Shown here in pieces: positions 46,164 to 55,298 of a DNA stretch of 64,000 nt. Below the pieces are notes generated by a model. That model was not told where the DNA came from. It made no database searches and was given only the letters and a program-made list of their open reading frames with translations. A program made the position numbers and the translations under genes. Numbering within the stretch: position 1 is the stretch's first letter; each line of letters opens with the position of its first letter. Source of the DNA: Clostridia bacterium (lineage in GTDB: Bacteria > Bacillota > Clostridia > Oscillospirales > CAG-272); NCBI GenBank assembly GCA_017938205.1, contig JAGBCA010000001.1, positions 7,257 to 71,256 on the forward strand. Reading direction: 5' to 3'.

Positions 46164-46855
46164 CAGTCAGGATCCTCCGCTTCTGTTTTTTCCCGCTTAG
46201 GCTCGGTGTAATGCGGAAGGTAGCCCGCAGGCTTCTTCACGCGGAGCATATGAATGGGAAGCCCCTGCGCAGCAAAGGCCTGCTCGTATTCGGTCATCAC
46301 GTTGCCCTCGTTATAGGGGGATGCATGCAGATCGCGGGTAACGATCTCGGGCACAAGATCCACAGAGGCAAGCTCCTCCAAGGAAAAATCAAAGAGCGGC
46401 ACGTTGTCGGTCTTAAAGCAAAGCTCTCCGCCCTCGCGAAGGAGAGAAAAATAGAGAGCGAGATATTTTCTGTAGGTCAGGCGGCGCTTGAAATAGCCCT
46501 TTTTGTGCCAGGGATCGGAGAAGTTCAAGAAGATCTTATCCACCGCCCCCTCGGCAAACCAAAGAGGCAACTCGTCTGCACCGTCAATGATAAAATGCAG
46601 ATTTTCGGGCCGCGCCTCGGCATCCGCCTTTTCCACGGCGATCACGATGCAATCCTTCACGCGCTCCATGGCGTAATAGTCCGCCTGCGGATCTCTTCGC
46701 GCCATTTCGATGGCAAAGCCGCCCTTGCCTGCGCCGATCTCAAGGAAAAGCTCTCTGCCCTCGGTGCGGCCGATGGGTGCCTCGGGGCGGGAAAGCACAA
46801 GCCCCTCGTGCGAGGCAAGGCGCGCGTCAGCATTTTTCTTTTTTCTCATGCGCAT
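46163..46855 (-). CDS. trmB: tRNA (guanine46-N7)-methyltransferase
   Basis: 230-aa ORF with LEIGAGKGGF and FSDPWHKK motifs. Confidence 0.88.
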   Translation of the reverse strand: MRMRKKKNADARLASHEGLVLSRPEAPIGRTEGRELFLEIGAGKGGFAIEMARRDPQADYYAMERVKDCIVIAVEKADAEARPENLHFIIDGADELPLWFAEGAVDKIFLNFSDPWHKKGYFKRRLTYRKYLALYFSLLREGGELCFKTDNVPLFDFSLEELASVDLVPEIVTRDLHASPYNEGNVMTEYEQAFAAQGLPIHMLRVKKPAGYLPHYTEPKREKTEAEDPD

Positions 46856-46860
46856 AGGGC

Positions 46861-48465
46861 TCAGTCCTCCTTTTCCTCGTCACGGGAAAATTCCGCAAGC
46901 ACGAGATCGGGGTTATCCTCCTGCACCCAGCGAATGGCCCATTCGCTCGTAAAGATCAGAAGGTTTTTGCCGCGGAAGTCCTGCACCCACTTCGTGTCAT
47001 GCGAGAGCTTCAGCGTTTTCGGATCGGTGTCTCCCACGATCCAGCGGATCTGCTGATAAGGAAGCGCACTGCGGCGCAGATCACAGCCGTATTCGGTCTT
47101 GATGCGGTGCTCCAGCACCTCAAACTGCAGAACGCCGACAACGCCGACGATCACGCGCTCAAGACCCGAGTTCGGCTCGAAGAAGATCTGGATCGCACCC
47201 TCCTGGGCGATCTGGTTCATTCCCTTGGCAAACTGCTTGCGCTTCATGGAATCCACCTGCTCGACCATGGCAAAATGCTCGGGTGCAAACACGGGGATGC
47301 CCTCAAATTTCGTTTTTCTGCCCTTCTCGCACACGGTGTCGCCGATGGAGAAGATACCGGGATCGAAAACGCCGATAATATCGCCCGCGTAGGCCTCATC
47401 GATCACCTCGCGCTCCGCGGCCATCATCTGCTGGGGCTGGGAAAGGCGGAAGCTCTTGTCGCCCTGCACGTGATAGTATTCCTTGCCGCGCTCAAACTTG
47501 CCCGAGCAAATGCGCATGAAGGCGATACGGTCGCGGTGGGCCTTGTTCATGTTCGCCTGGATCTTGAAAACGAAGGCGGAAAAGCCCTCGTCAAAGGGAT
47601 CGATATGCTCGCCGCTTGCCACGCGGGGCAGGGGCGAGGTCGTCATAGCAAGGAAATGCTCTAAGAAGGGCTCAATGCCGAAGTTGTTCAGCGCAGAGCC
47701 GAAGAATACGGGAGAGAGCTTTCCGTGGCGCACCTTTTCAAGGTCGAAATCAAAGCACGCACCGTCAAGCAGCTCCACCTGCTCACAAAGCTCCTCACGG
47801 CGCTTTTCGCCGATCAGCTCGTCAAGCTTTGCGGTGTCGGTAATATCACAGTCAATGCCGTGGATGCGCTCGCGGCCGCGGTGCGCATTGTCGAAGGAAA
47901 GAATGCTCTTCTTCTCACGGTCGTAAACGCCCTTGAAGGCCTGTCCGCAGCCGATCGGCCAGTTCATCGGGTAGGTACCGATGCCGAACTCCTTCTCCAG
48001 CTCATCCAGAAGATCAAAGGGGTCTCTCGCCTCACGGTCAAGCTTATTGACAAAGGTGAAGATCGGAATGTCGCGCATCGCACAAACCTTGAAGAGCTTG
48101 CGCGTCTGCGGCTCGATGCCCTTCGCCGCATCAATGACCATCACGGCGCTGTCCGCCGCCATCAGCGTACGGTAAGTGTCCTCCGAGAAATCCTGGTGTC
48201 CGGGGGTGTCGAGAAGATTGATGCAGAAGCCGTTGTATTCAAACTGCAAAACCGAGGAGGTGATGGAGATACCTCTCTGCTTTTCAAGCTCCATCCAGTC
48301 GGAAACGGCGTGCTTATCGCTCTGCTTGCCCTTGACGGAGCCGGCCTTTTCGATCGCACCGCCGTAAAGAAGAAACTTCTCGGTCAGCGTGGTCTTACCG
48401 GCATCGGGGTGAGAGATGATGGCGAAGGTGCGCCGTCTTTCAATTTCGGTTTTAAGATCTGCCAT
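46861..48465 (-). CDS. prfC: peptide chain release factor 3
   Basis: 534-aa ORF with the GTPase motifs AIISHPDAGKTT, DTPGHQDF and NKLD. The RF3 length and C-domain fit. Confidence 0.93.
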   Translation of the reverse strand: MADLKTEIERRRTFAIISHPDAGKTTLTEKFLLYGGAIEKAGSVKGKQSDKHAVSDWMELEKQRGISITSSVLQFEYNGFCINLLDTPGHQDFSEDTYRTLMAADSAVMVIDAAKGIEPQTRKLFKVCAMRDIPIFTFVNKLDREARDPFDLLDELEKEFGIGTYPMNWPIGCGQAFKGVYDREKKSILSFDNAHRGRERIHGIDCDITDTAKLDELIGEKRREELCEQVELLDGACFDFDLEKVRHGKLSPVFFGSALNNFGIEPFLEHFLAMTTSPLPRVASGEHIDPFDEGFSAFVFKIQANMNKAHRDRIAFMRICSGKFERGKEYYHVQGDKSFRLSQPQQMMAAEREVIDEAYAGDIIGVFDPGIFSIGDTVCEKGRKTKFEGIPVFAPEHFAMVEQVDSMKRKQFAKGMNQIAQEGAIQIFFEPNSGLERVIVGVVGVLQFEVLEHRIKTEYGCDLRRSALPYQQIRWIVGDTDPKTLKLSHDTKWVQDFRGKNLLIFTSEWAIRWVQEDNPDLVLAEFSRDEEKED

Positions 48466-48577
48466 ATAGAAAATGCTCCTGTTTTTTTGTGTTTCGCCTC
48501 TTGCGCACGGTGCTTTTTTCGCGTCTTTTCTATTTATTTTTCACGCACGCGCATAGGCGATATATTATCAGTATAAC

Positions 48578-48606
48578 ATTATACCACCAAGATGCAAAAA
48601 TTGCAA
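48578..48606 (-). promoter_or_regulatory. putative sigma-A promoter of prfC
   Basis: On the minus strand, TTGCAA (48601-48606) is followed by a 17-nt spacer and the extended -10 TGGTATAAT (48578-48586). Confidence 0.5.
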
Positions 48607-48903
48607 GAGTGAAAAAACAAAATTTACCGCCGCTTTGCCGACAGAGAAAAAAGAGGCTTCGCTGCCCCGATGGTAAAAGGCATAGAAGGCTCCCCCATAG
48701 GCTCTCACTCCGGGAGAGCTGTCACCAAAGGTGACTGAGAGGGTGCGGGAGCACCAAGGCGCTCCCCTAGCATAGATTTCAATGTTGATTCTTTCGCCAT
48801 TTGCAAACGATAGCCATTGTTTTACGGACAGTCGGGGACGCCTGTCCCTACAATCTCTTTTTCCTTGTTGTTTTTTTATCGGCATCCTATATTGTTATAA
48901 TGG

Positions 48904-48938
48904 AAAAGCCCGATTTTGTCTTACAAAATCGGGCTTTG
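48904..48938 (-). terminator. intrinsic terminator downstream of the alpha/beta hydrolase gene
   Basis: A perfect 13-bp stem, aaagcccgatttt / aaaatcgggcttt, carries a 7-nt loop. It lies 12 nt after the stop at 48950. Confidence 0.75.
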
Positions 48939-48949
48939 AAGCCAAGGGA

Positions 48950-49681
48950 TCAATTGTCGGTATCGTGGCGCAGAATGAAATCCACTACCGGGGTGGGATC
49001 GGGGATGCCGTGGGGGTGGTGGTTTCCGCCGGGCTTGATATAAACCTCGATCGGAAGCCCTGCATCCTTATAGGCGCGCTCCACGAAGATGCCGTTTTCG
49101 TGATACGGAACAACGGTGTCGCTATCGCCTGATGCCATAACGAGCGGGATCCTTTTCTCGATCAGGGAGGGAATTTTATCCAGCGGCATCTTGCGGCAGG
49201 CCATCAGCTCTGCGAGATTTTTCAGGCCGAGGGCAGGAAGAATTCCATCAAGCCCGGGCTTGAGGTTTTCCTGGCCGAAGTGGCAGGGCCAGCTCATAAA
49301 GTTGACCACGGGCGCATCAATATAAAGGCAGCTGACAAGCTCGGGATATCTCTCGGCAAAATAGATACCGATCATGCCGCCGCAGCTGAAGCCAACGGGC
49401 ACGCATTTTTTGCGCAGACCGTATTTTTCCTGCAGGTAGCGCACGAATCTTGCCTTGCGGTCAAGATCCTCGGGCTGGCCGAAGCGGTTGTCGTTTGTCA
49501 GAAAGCAAACGTGGTAGCCAAGCTTTAAAAGCGGAATTTCCGCCGCCTCGGGGAAGTGATGCTGATACTCGGTTTTTAAAACGAGACCGCCGCACTTCGT
49601 TTCCTTTGCAGGGAAAACGATGGTTGCCTCATGCCCCTCAAAAATAAAATTTTCTGCCGGGAAGCCGTTCCATTCAAACAT
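48950..49681 (-). CDS. alpha/beta-fold hydrolase (esterase/peptidase-like)
   Basis: The ORF spans 48950-50023. I trimmed the start to MFEWNGFPAENF. The nucleophile-elbow-like motif GFSCGG and the C-terminal segments SGDSDTVVP and GGNHHPHG suggest a catalytic triad. Confidence 0.65.
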   Translation of the reverse strand: MFEWNGFPAENFIFEGHEATIVFPAKETKCGGLVLKTEYQHHFPEAAEIPLLKLGYHVCFLTNDNRFGQPEDLDRKARFVRYLQEKYGLRKKCVPVGFSCGGMIGIYFAERYPELVSCLYIDAPVVNFMSWPCHFGQENLKPGLDGILPALGLKNLAELMACRKMPLDKIPSLIEKRIPLVMASGDSDTVVPYHENGIFVERAYKDAGLPIEVYIKPGGNHHPHGIPDPTPVVDFILRHDTDN

Positions 49682-49758
49682 AAAAATCTCCTTTATAAGC
49701 AGTTTTTGTAAATATTTGTTTGCAAAAAATAAACTTTGCAAATAAAAAGAGGCGTATG

Positions 49759-49869
49759 CAACGCTTTGCGTTGATGATATGCCGCGCCTTGCGCGGATGA
49801 TATACCATCCGTTGGATGGATGATATGCACGCCGAAGGCGTGATATATTTTGATCCTTGCGGATCAAAA
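49759..49869. repeat. array of five mini-hairpins separated by the conserved spacer ATGATAT(G/A)
   Basis: The palindromes are caacgctttgcgttg, ccgcgccttgcgcgg, ccatccgttggatgg, cacgccgaaggcgtg and ttttgatccttgcggatcaaaa. They are separated by atgatatg, atgatata, atgatatg and atatatt. The last hairpin overlaps the azlD stop codon. Confidence 0.8.
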
Positions 49870-50190
49870 TACAAGCTGTATGAGCAGCATATAAGAAACC
49901 GTTCCCGAAACGATGGAGAGCAGGGTATTTCTCTTCCATATATGCAAAAGCGCAACGATCAAAACGGCGATCAGCTCGGGCAGACCGTACGGATAGGCGA
50001 GCGGCCGCACGTCCTTGAGGCAATACACAACGAGCATGCCGATGATGGCGAAGGGCAGATATTTACCAAGGAACTCGATAAATGGCGGCGTTTTCCCTTT
50101 AGAAAAAATAAGGAAAGGAAGTGAGCGGAGAAGAAATGTCACGCCTGCCATGATCACGATGGCGATGATCGCGTGTGTTGTTTTATCCAT
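49864..50190 (-). CDS. azlD: branched-chain amino acid exporter small subunit
   Basis: The ORF spans 49864-50229. I trimmed the start to MDKTTHAIIAIVIMAGVTFLLR. It is about 108 aa with 3-4 TM segments and overlaps the azlC stop. Confidence 0.75.
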   Translation of the reverse strand: MDKTTHAIIAIVIMAGVTFLLRSLPFLIFSKGKTPPFIEFLGKYLPFAIIGMLVVYCLKDVRPLAYPYGLPELIAVLIVALLHIWKRNTLLSIVSGTVSYMLLIQLVF

Positions 50191-50884
50191 TTTTCTTTTC
50201 CTCCTTCCGCTCCATTGGGCGGCGTGCAAGCGCCAATGCGAGGAGGATCAGAAGCATCGCGGGGATGAGAAAGCTTTCCGAGCCGAAAACGAGCAGGCAA
50301 AGCAGCGTGCCGCCCACGCCGATCAGGGCGGGTCGATGCTCCTTCTCTGAAAGCCATTGCTCCACAAAAACGGTTACGAAAAGAGCCGTCATGGAAAACT
50401 CGATCCCCTCACTGCTGAAGGGAATGATCGCGCCTGCCAGAGAGCCGAGCATACATCCCGCGATCCAATAGAGATGGTTGAGCAGCGAAACGGCGAAATA
50501 ATAGCTGTGCTCGTCCACAAAATCCGGCACGTGCGAATGGGAAACGAGGGCGTAGGTCTCGTCGGTCAAGGCATGCATGAGATAGAGCTTTTTGGCCCCC
50601 GCGCCGCGATAGCGGTCGATCAGCGAAACGCCGTAAAAGAGATGCCTTGCCTGCACCATCAGCGTTGTGACCGCCACGGTGAGAAAGGAGGCTCCGCCCG
50701 CAAGCAGCGAAACGCCGACGTATTGCATCGAGCCTGCAAACATAAAAACGCTCATTGCCAGCGCCCAAAGTGCACCAAAGCCCGCCACACGCAAAAGAAT
50801 ACCAAAGCCAAGCCCCAGCACAATGTAGCCCGCGAGCACGGGAAGGGTGGAAATAAAGGCTCGCTTCCAAAGTTTTGCTCTCAT
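50183..50884 (-). CDS. azlC: branched-chain amino acid exporter large subunit
   Basis: This is the C-terminal 233 aa of the 606-aa ORF-track entry, starting at MRAKLWKRAFISTLPVLAGY (ATG at 50882-50884). The remainder of that ORF is antisense to the EamA gene. Confidence 0.8.
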   Translation of the reverse strand: MRAKLWKRAFISTLPVLAGYIVLGLGFGILLRVAGFGALWALAMSVFMFAGSMQYVGVSLLAGGASFLTVAVTTLMVQARHLFYGVSLIDRYRGAGAKKLYLMHALTDETYALVSHSHVPDFVDEHSYYFAVSLLNHLYWIAGCMLGSLAGAIIPFSSEGIEFSMTALFVTVFVEQWLSEKEHRPALIGVGGTLLCLLVFGSESFLIPAMLLILLALALARRPMERKEEKKNG

Positions 50885-51008
50885 TGCTTCTCCTTGTCCT
50901 GAAAACGAAGATCTAACGATACCAATATCATAACACATCTTCCCTGCGCGGTCAATCATTTTTTGGTAAAAGTTTTTTCTTTCATACAAAACACCTTGCC
51001 TCGGATGC

Positions 51009-51037
51009 TTGCATTTTTTCATGCCGTGTGCTATACT
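51009..51037 (+). promoter_or_regulatory. putative sigma-A promoter of the EamA transporter gene
   Basis: TTGCAT (51009-51014) is followed by a 17-nt spacer and TATACT (51032-51037). Confidence 0.45.
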
Positions 51038-51070
51038 GTAAGCGCTCAAACAAAAAACGAGGATGAAAAT

Positions 51071-51997
51071 ATGAAAAGCAAACATTCTCCCGTGGCTATG
51101 GCTTATGCGGCCATTCTTGCAGTCGTTCTGATCTGGGGCGTGATCCCCGCATTTAAAAAGGCGCTGATCGGCGGCCACTATTCCGCCGCGGTCTATACGG
51201 CAATGACAACGCTGGGCGGTGCGCTCGCCCTGCTCGTTCTTTCCGCCAAGCGTCTCAAAAATCTGAATGCCACCTATTTTAAGATCGCGATCCCAACGGG
51301 GCTTTGCGTGGCTGCCGCCTCGCTCGTGCAAGCGATCGCCTATAACTTTGACGCCTCGCCCACCAAGCAGGCCTTTCTTGAAAACCTCTCCTGCATCGTG
51401 GTGCCGCTGCTCATGCTCCTTCTTGTGAAAAAGAAGCCGAGTATGCTGACGGTGGCGGCCGCACTCGTTTGTCTTGTATCCTCGTTTATTTTGGGAGATA
51501 TGCTTTCGGTCGGTTTTTCCTTCAGCATTGCCGATATTCTGAATGCGCTTGCAGGCGTTTTCTACGGCATCAACATTGCCTTCACGGGCATCTATGCAAA
51601 AAAGCTCGATGCCAAGCTCTACGTGATGCTCCAGCTCTTCGTGCAGGCGATCTCTTCCGCGCTGATGGCGCTTCTGTTCCACTTCGTTCCCATCGGCGGC
51701 ACGCCGATCGACCCCTTCGTTTTCACGCCGAATTTCCTGCTTATCCTCGGTGTATTCGCCCTCGGCATTCTCACGAATGCCGTTTGCTGGACGCTTCGCA
51801 CCTCTGCAATGAAGTTCGTCAGCCCCAGCGTCGTAGCGGTGATCATGCCGTTCTCCGCCGTGGTTACGGGTGTCGTTGCGGTCATTCTCGGAATGGATAC
51901 GATTTCCTGGACGCTCATTGTCGGCGCGATCCTCGGCCTCGCCGCCGCGCTGATGTCCTCCTTCGGAGATCTCGCAGAAAGCAAAAAAGAGAGCTAA
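51071..51997 (+). CDS. DMT-superfamily (EamA-like) transporter
   Basis: The ORF spans 50963-51997. I trimmed the start to MKSKHSPVAMAYAAILAVVLIWG. It has about 10 TM segments and a two-EamA-repeat architecture. Confidence 0.75.
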   Translation: MKSKHSPVAMAYAAILAVVLIWGVIPAFKKALIGGHYSAAVYTAMTTLGGALALLVLSAKRLKNLNATYFKIAIPTGLCVAAASLVQAIAYNFDASPTKQAFLENLSCIVVPLLMLLLVKKKPSMLTVAAALVCLVSSFILGDMLSVGFSFSIADILNALAGVFYGINIAFTGIYAKKLDAKLYVMLQLFVQAISSALMALLFHFVPIGGTPIDPFVFTPNFLLILGVFALGILTNAVCWTLRTSAMKFVSPSVVAVIMPFSAVVTGVVAVILGMDTISWTLIVGAILGLAAALMSSFGDLAESKKES

Positions 51998-52015
51998 ATG
52001 CAAACAATAGTTATA

Positions 52016-52055
52016 AAACCACGCCGTTTCGAGCCCGAAACGGCGTGGTTTTTTG
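52016..52055. terminator. bidirectional intrinsic terminator
   Basis: A 14-bp stem, accacgccgtttcg / cgaaacggcgtggt, is followed by tttttt and preceded by aaa. It lies between convergent genes. Confidence 0.8.
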
Positions 52056-52066
52056 TATGAAATAAT

Positions 52067-53374
52067 TTAAAATAACGGTTCAAAATCCAAGGTGTAATAT
52101 TTATAAGAGTAAGCGTATCGATTAACATTGAATATTTTAACCATAATAACGCCGTCACTAAAGGATGTGCTATAGAGGGCGGATTCTGAATGATTCAACG
52201 TATATTCCTTAATTGTATTGCCTGCTGCGTCAAATAGAATGAAGTGACATTCGTTTTTGCCTGAAAGAAATGATTCTGAGCATAGGTATTTTCCGTTGTA
52301 TTCTTGAATTCGAAGAGAGGAATTCCAATCGTCGGGCGCTTGTACGGGGTCAAAGCAAAAGCTTCCGTCATCGTTTATTATAGTATAGAAGCATATACCC
52401 GCACTCTGAAATACAATCGGAGCTTTACCGTTTTTGAAACCATACGCCGCGTAGATTGAATTTGCGTATTGAGAAAGGTCCAGCACACGCTCTTCGGTTA
52501 TGGGGTGTAAGTAGGAATAATTGTAAGAATTATATATCCATTCGTTTGAAGTACAAACGGCTTGAAACTCTTGTTCGGTTTTGATTTGATTGTTTTTCAA
52601 ATCAAGATACTTGTTTTCGTGGGGCAGACATAAAAATCCGTTAACGTAAGTGTAGACGCTATCGTAGGTGTTATTCAGGTTAAAAAAAGCCAATAGTTCC
52701 TCTGAATAGTCTATGATTTTTTCCATATTGAAATTATAAACCGCCATTGTCGTGGTTGAGCTGTTAAAGGTGACGTCCACTTTTTTAGCAAAAATATAGC
52801 CATCCCGAAAGCTTTGTGTACCGGCGGGGGCGCCGTTCTGGTATTGAATGGGGTTTAAGAATTCTGTAGCACCTACGTCGGATGGGTGGATAACGTTACC
52901 GCTATCGTCACAAAAAGCATAAGCCAAGTGGCCGATTTCGGGTATTTCAAGAGCTGATAATCCATTATGAAAGGATGAGGCGGTGACATTCCCGCCGAGA
53001 TCGAGTGAAAACAAAATCTCTCCGCTTTTATTGATGCAGTATAGGGTTTTATACTTTTCATCGCTCACTTGTCCACATCGCACCCACGCTTTTCCTTCGG
53101 AAAATGCGGTGCTTTCCGTAATTTTGGCAAGGTCGATTTTTTCTTTTGACGAAGTTCCGCCACTGCCGGTGCCGCCGCCTTCGGTACCGCCACCGCTTGT
53201 ACCTCCACTACCCGTTCCGCTACCGGATCCGCCGTTACCCGAGCCGCCATTGTTCGTACCGCCGCTGATTTGGCTTCCGCCGCCTCCGCCACCTTCATCG
53301 TTGCCTTCGTCTTTGCAAGCTACCAGGGAAAAGAGCATCAGTGCGGTGAGAATCAATGCTAAGATTTTTTTCAT
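52067..53374 (-). CDS. lipoprotein with a Gly/Ser/Thr-rich linker and WG-like beta-propeller repeats
   Basis: The ORF spans 52067-53569. I trimmed the start to MKKILALILTALMLFSLVAC (lipobox). A linker of about 55 aa, GGGGGGSQISGG...GSGGTSS, follows. Recurring F-x-(E/N/D)G-x-(A/I) repeats include FSEGKAWV, FHNGLSAL, FRDGYIFA, FKNGKAPI and FSDGVIMV. The gene is AT-rich. Confidence 0.6.
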   Translation of the reverse strand: MKKILALILTALMLFSLVACKDEGNDEGGGGGGSQISGGTNNGGSGNGGSGSGTGSGGTSGGGTEGGGTGSGGTSSKEKIDLAKITESTAFSEGKAWVRCGQVSDEKYKTLYCINKSGEILFSLDLGGNVTASSFHNGLSALEIPEIGHLAYAFCDDSGNVIHPSDVGATEFLNPIQYQNGAPAGTQSFRDGYIFAKKVDVTFNSSTTTMAVYNFNMEKIIDYSEELLAFFNLNNTYDSVYTYVNGFLCLPHENKYLDLKNNQIKTEQEFQAVCTSNEWIYNSYNYSYLHPITEERVLDLSQYANSIYAAYGFKNGKAPIVFQSAGICFYTIINDDGSFCFDPVQAPDDWNSSLRIQEYNGKYLCSESFLSGKNECHFILFDAAGNTIKEYTLNHSESALYSTSFSDGVIMVKIFNVNRYAYSYKYYTLDFEPLF

Positions 53375-53727
53375 GTGTTTTTCCTCCTTTAAATAAAATA
53401 AAAAAGTGCGGCTACCGAAGTAAGCCGCACCAAAAATGCAAACTCCGATAGTCGCCAAACCAACTGAAAATAGCAAGAACCATACCCGATTTATGCCACA
53501 CCCAGCAGGAATTTGCATTTTTAACAAACTCATAATGAGTATGACTGAAAAAGGGTATAAGTATCCCATAAAGATAAAAATAGCCCTTGCAGTGATTATT
53601 CAGTTGGTTTGGCACTATCAGTATAACACATTTTTTAGCAAAATACAAGAGAAATCATATTTTTTCGGATAATAAAAAGGGCTGCGCCGTTTGCTTTATG
53701 AAAAAGCTTTTGGCGTAGCCGATTTTT

Positions 53728-55101
53728 TTATTTTACGATCACCTTCGCCTTGCTTGAAAGGCGGGTGGCATCATTCTGCAAAATGAGATTTTTCACAATC
53801 ACATCGATCTCACTGTTGCCGCCGAAGGCGTAGTCCATTTCCTTGGCGGTGCGCAGGTTTTCGAAGCACAGATTCTTTGCCGAAATGCAATCCTTAAAGT
53901 AAACGGCAGAGATGGAATCCAAAGTTACGCGGTGGAATTTGCTCTCATAATCAAGGTCTGAACGGTCCGGGGAGGTCAGCGTTCCGTAGCGCAGGCCATT
54001 AAAGGTCACGTTTTCAAGCTCGCAGCCGTTGAAGTATATACCGGTGCCGCCGTCTGCCACCATCTGAATATTTTCAAAATAGGAATCGCAAAGCGTGTTT
54101 GCGATATAGAGGCCGAAGCGCGCGCGGGTGCAAACGTCGCGCACGGTGACGTTTCGCATTTCGCCAAGGCGGTTGAGCCTATGCGGATAGTCGCTCACGT
54201 CACCGATGCGGATGGCCGCGAGCGGACGCCAGATTTCGGGGGGCGTGGTATCCTGCACCCCGGAGATCTGCACGTTATAAATCTCGGTTTCGCCGCGGCA
54301 AAGCAGGCGAATGATGTCGCAACGGTGGCTCATCGTGGCGCGCAGATCACGCACAACGATGTCGTGAATGGCGGTATCCATATCGGTGTCCTCGCCGTCA
54401 ACGCGCCTCTTCGGATGGCCGAAGTTCGTCAGCGCGAGCATATCGTCACCGGTTCTGCCCGAAAGGTTTTCCACGAGGAAGTTATGGCAGCCCTCGCGGA
54501 TATCAAGACCGTCCTGGTTGGGGCTTGCGCCGTCCGCATCGAAAACGATATCGTGAATATGCCCATCGGAGCAGTATTCGAAGTTCATGCACCAATAGCG
54601 AGGGCGCACGAAGCGGATGCCCGAAACCTCCACGCGCTCCACGTTCTGCATCAGAATGCCGATGTTCACGAAGCAGTTGGAATAGCCGTGGATCTTCACG
54701 CTTTTAACGTAGTTGCCGTTTTCATCGTAGATGTTGAAGTTGTTTTCGATCAGATCGTTGGGCTTGCCGCCGTCCAGCACCGCGTGGCCAACGCCGCGGA
54801 TGGAAATATCGTGGTCACGCGTTTCCTTAAGCCACCACTTGCCCCTTGACGCATCGTTCACGAAGAAGTTTGCATAGCAACCGTCCGCCATACGCATATA
54901 GCAGTTTTCCAGCACAATGTGCGAGCCCGTGTGCAAAACGATGGCCTCGTTGATTTCCCAGGAGCAGCTCTCGGTGCGCTCGTTTACGCGAGGGATCACA
55001 ACGGTTGCGCCGTATTTTGCCGCCTCGTCCACAGCAGCTTGGATCATTTTAGAATCGGTAGAAAGCGATTTGAAGTCGTTCGGTGTATAAACAGATCTCA
55101 T
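53728..55101 (-). CDS. right-handed beta-helix protein, GH28-like glycoside hydrolase
   Basis: The ORF spans 53728-55113. I set the start at MRSVYTPNDF. SPNQDGLDI and TGDDMLAL resemble the GH28 NTDGID and G-DD motifs. No signal peptide is apparent. Confidence 0.6.
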   Translation of the reverse strand: MRSVYTPNDFKSLSTDSKMIQAAVDEAAKYGATVVIPRVNERTESCSWEINEAIVLHTGSHIVLENCYMRMADGCYANFFVNDASRGKWWLKETRDHDISIRGVGHAVLDGGKPNDLIENNFNIYDENGNYVKSVKIHGYSNCFVNIGILMQNVERVEVSGIRFVRPRYWCMNFEYCSDGHIHDIVFDADGASPNQDGLDIREGCHNFLVENLSGRTGDDMLALTNFGHPKRRVDGEDTDMDTAIHDIVVRDLRATMSHRCDIIRLLCRGETEIYNVQISGVQDTTPPEIWRPLAAIRIGDVSDYPHRLNRLGEMRNVTVRDVCTRARFGLYIANTLCDSYFENIQMVADGGTGIYFNGCELENVTFNGLRYGTLTSPDRSDLDYESKFHRVTLDSISAVYFKDCISAKNLCFENLRTAKEMDYAFGGNSEIDVIVKNLILQNDATRLSSKAKVIVK

Positions 55102-55249
55102 AAAAGCCTCCAAAAAAAGATTTCTATTTAAATTATAACGAACGCCATCGGTTTTGTATTTGCATTATCTTGCTCTTTTTTGCAGAATCATAAATTCCGA
55201 AAAGAAAGCCACAAATGGGCGGTCATAAAAGGTTGCTTTTCAGATTTGG

Positions 55250-55283
55250 ATAAAAAACAGAGGCTCTTTTCGAAGAGCCTCTG
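55250..55283 (-). terminator. intrinsic terminator
   Basis: The hairpin cagaggctctt-cgaa-aagagcctctg is followed by a tttttt run on the minus strand. It lies 15 nt after the stop at 55299. Confidence 0.8.
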
Positions 55284-55298
55284 TCATAATTATTTTGA

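Noticed and set aside
48568-48885. A 105-aa minus-strand ORF in the prfC upstream gap.
   Set aside because: There is no RBS or recognisable family. It starts inside a terminator-flanked structured region and crosses the predicted prfC promoter. The composition looks non-coding.
50183-52003. A 606-aa minus-strand ORF presented as one gene.
   Set aside because: Only the C-terminal 233 aa, from MRAKLWKR at 50884, look like AzlC. The N-terminal ~370 aa are antisense to the well-supported EamA transporter gene and cross a promoter region.
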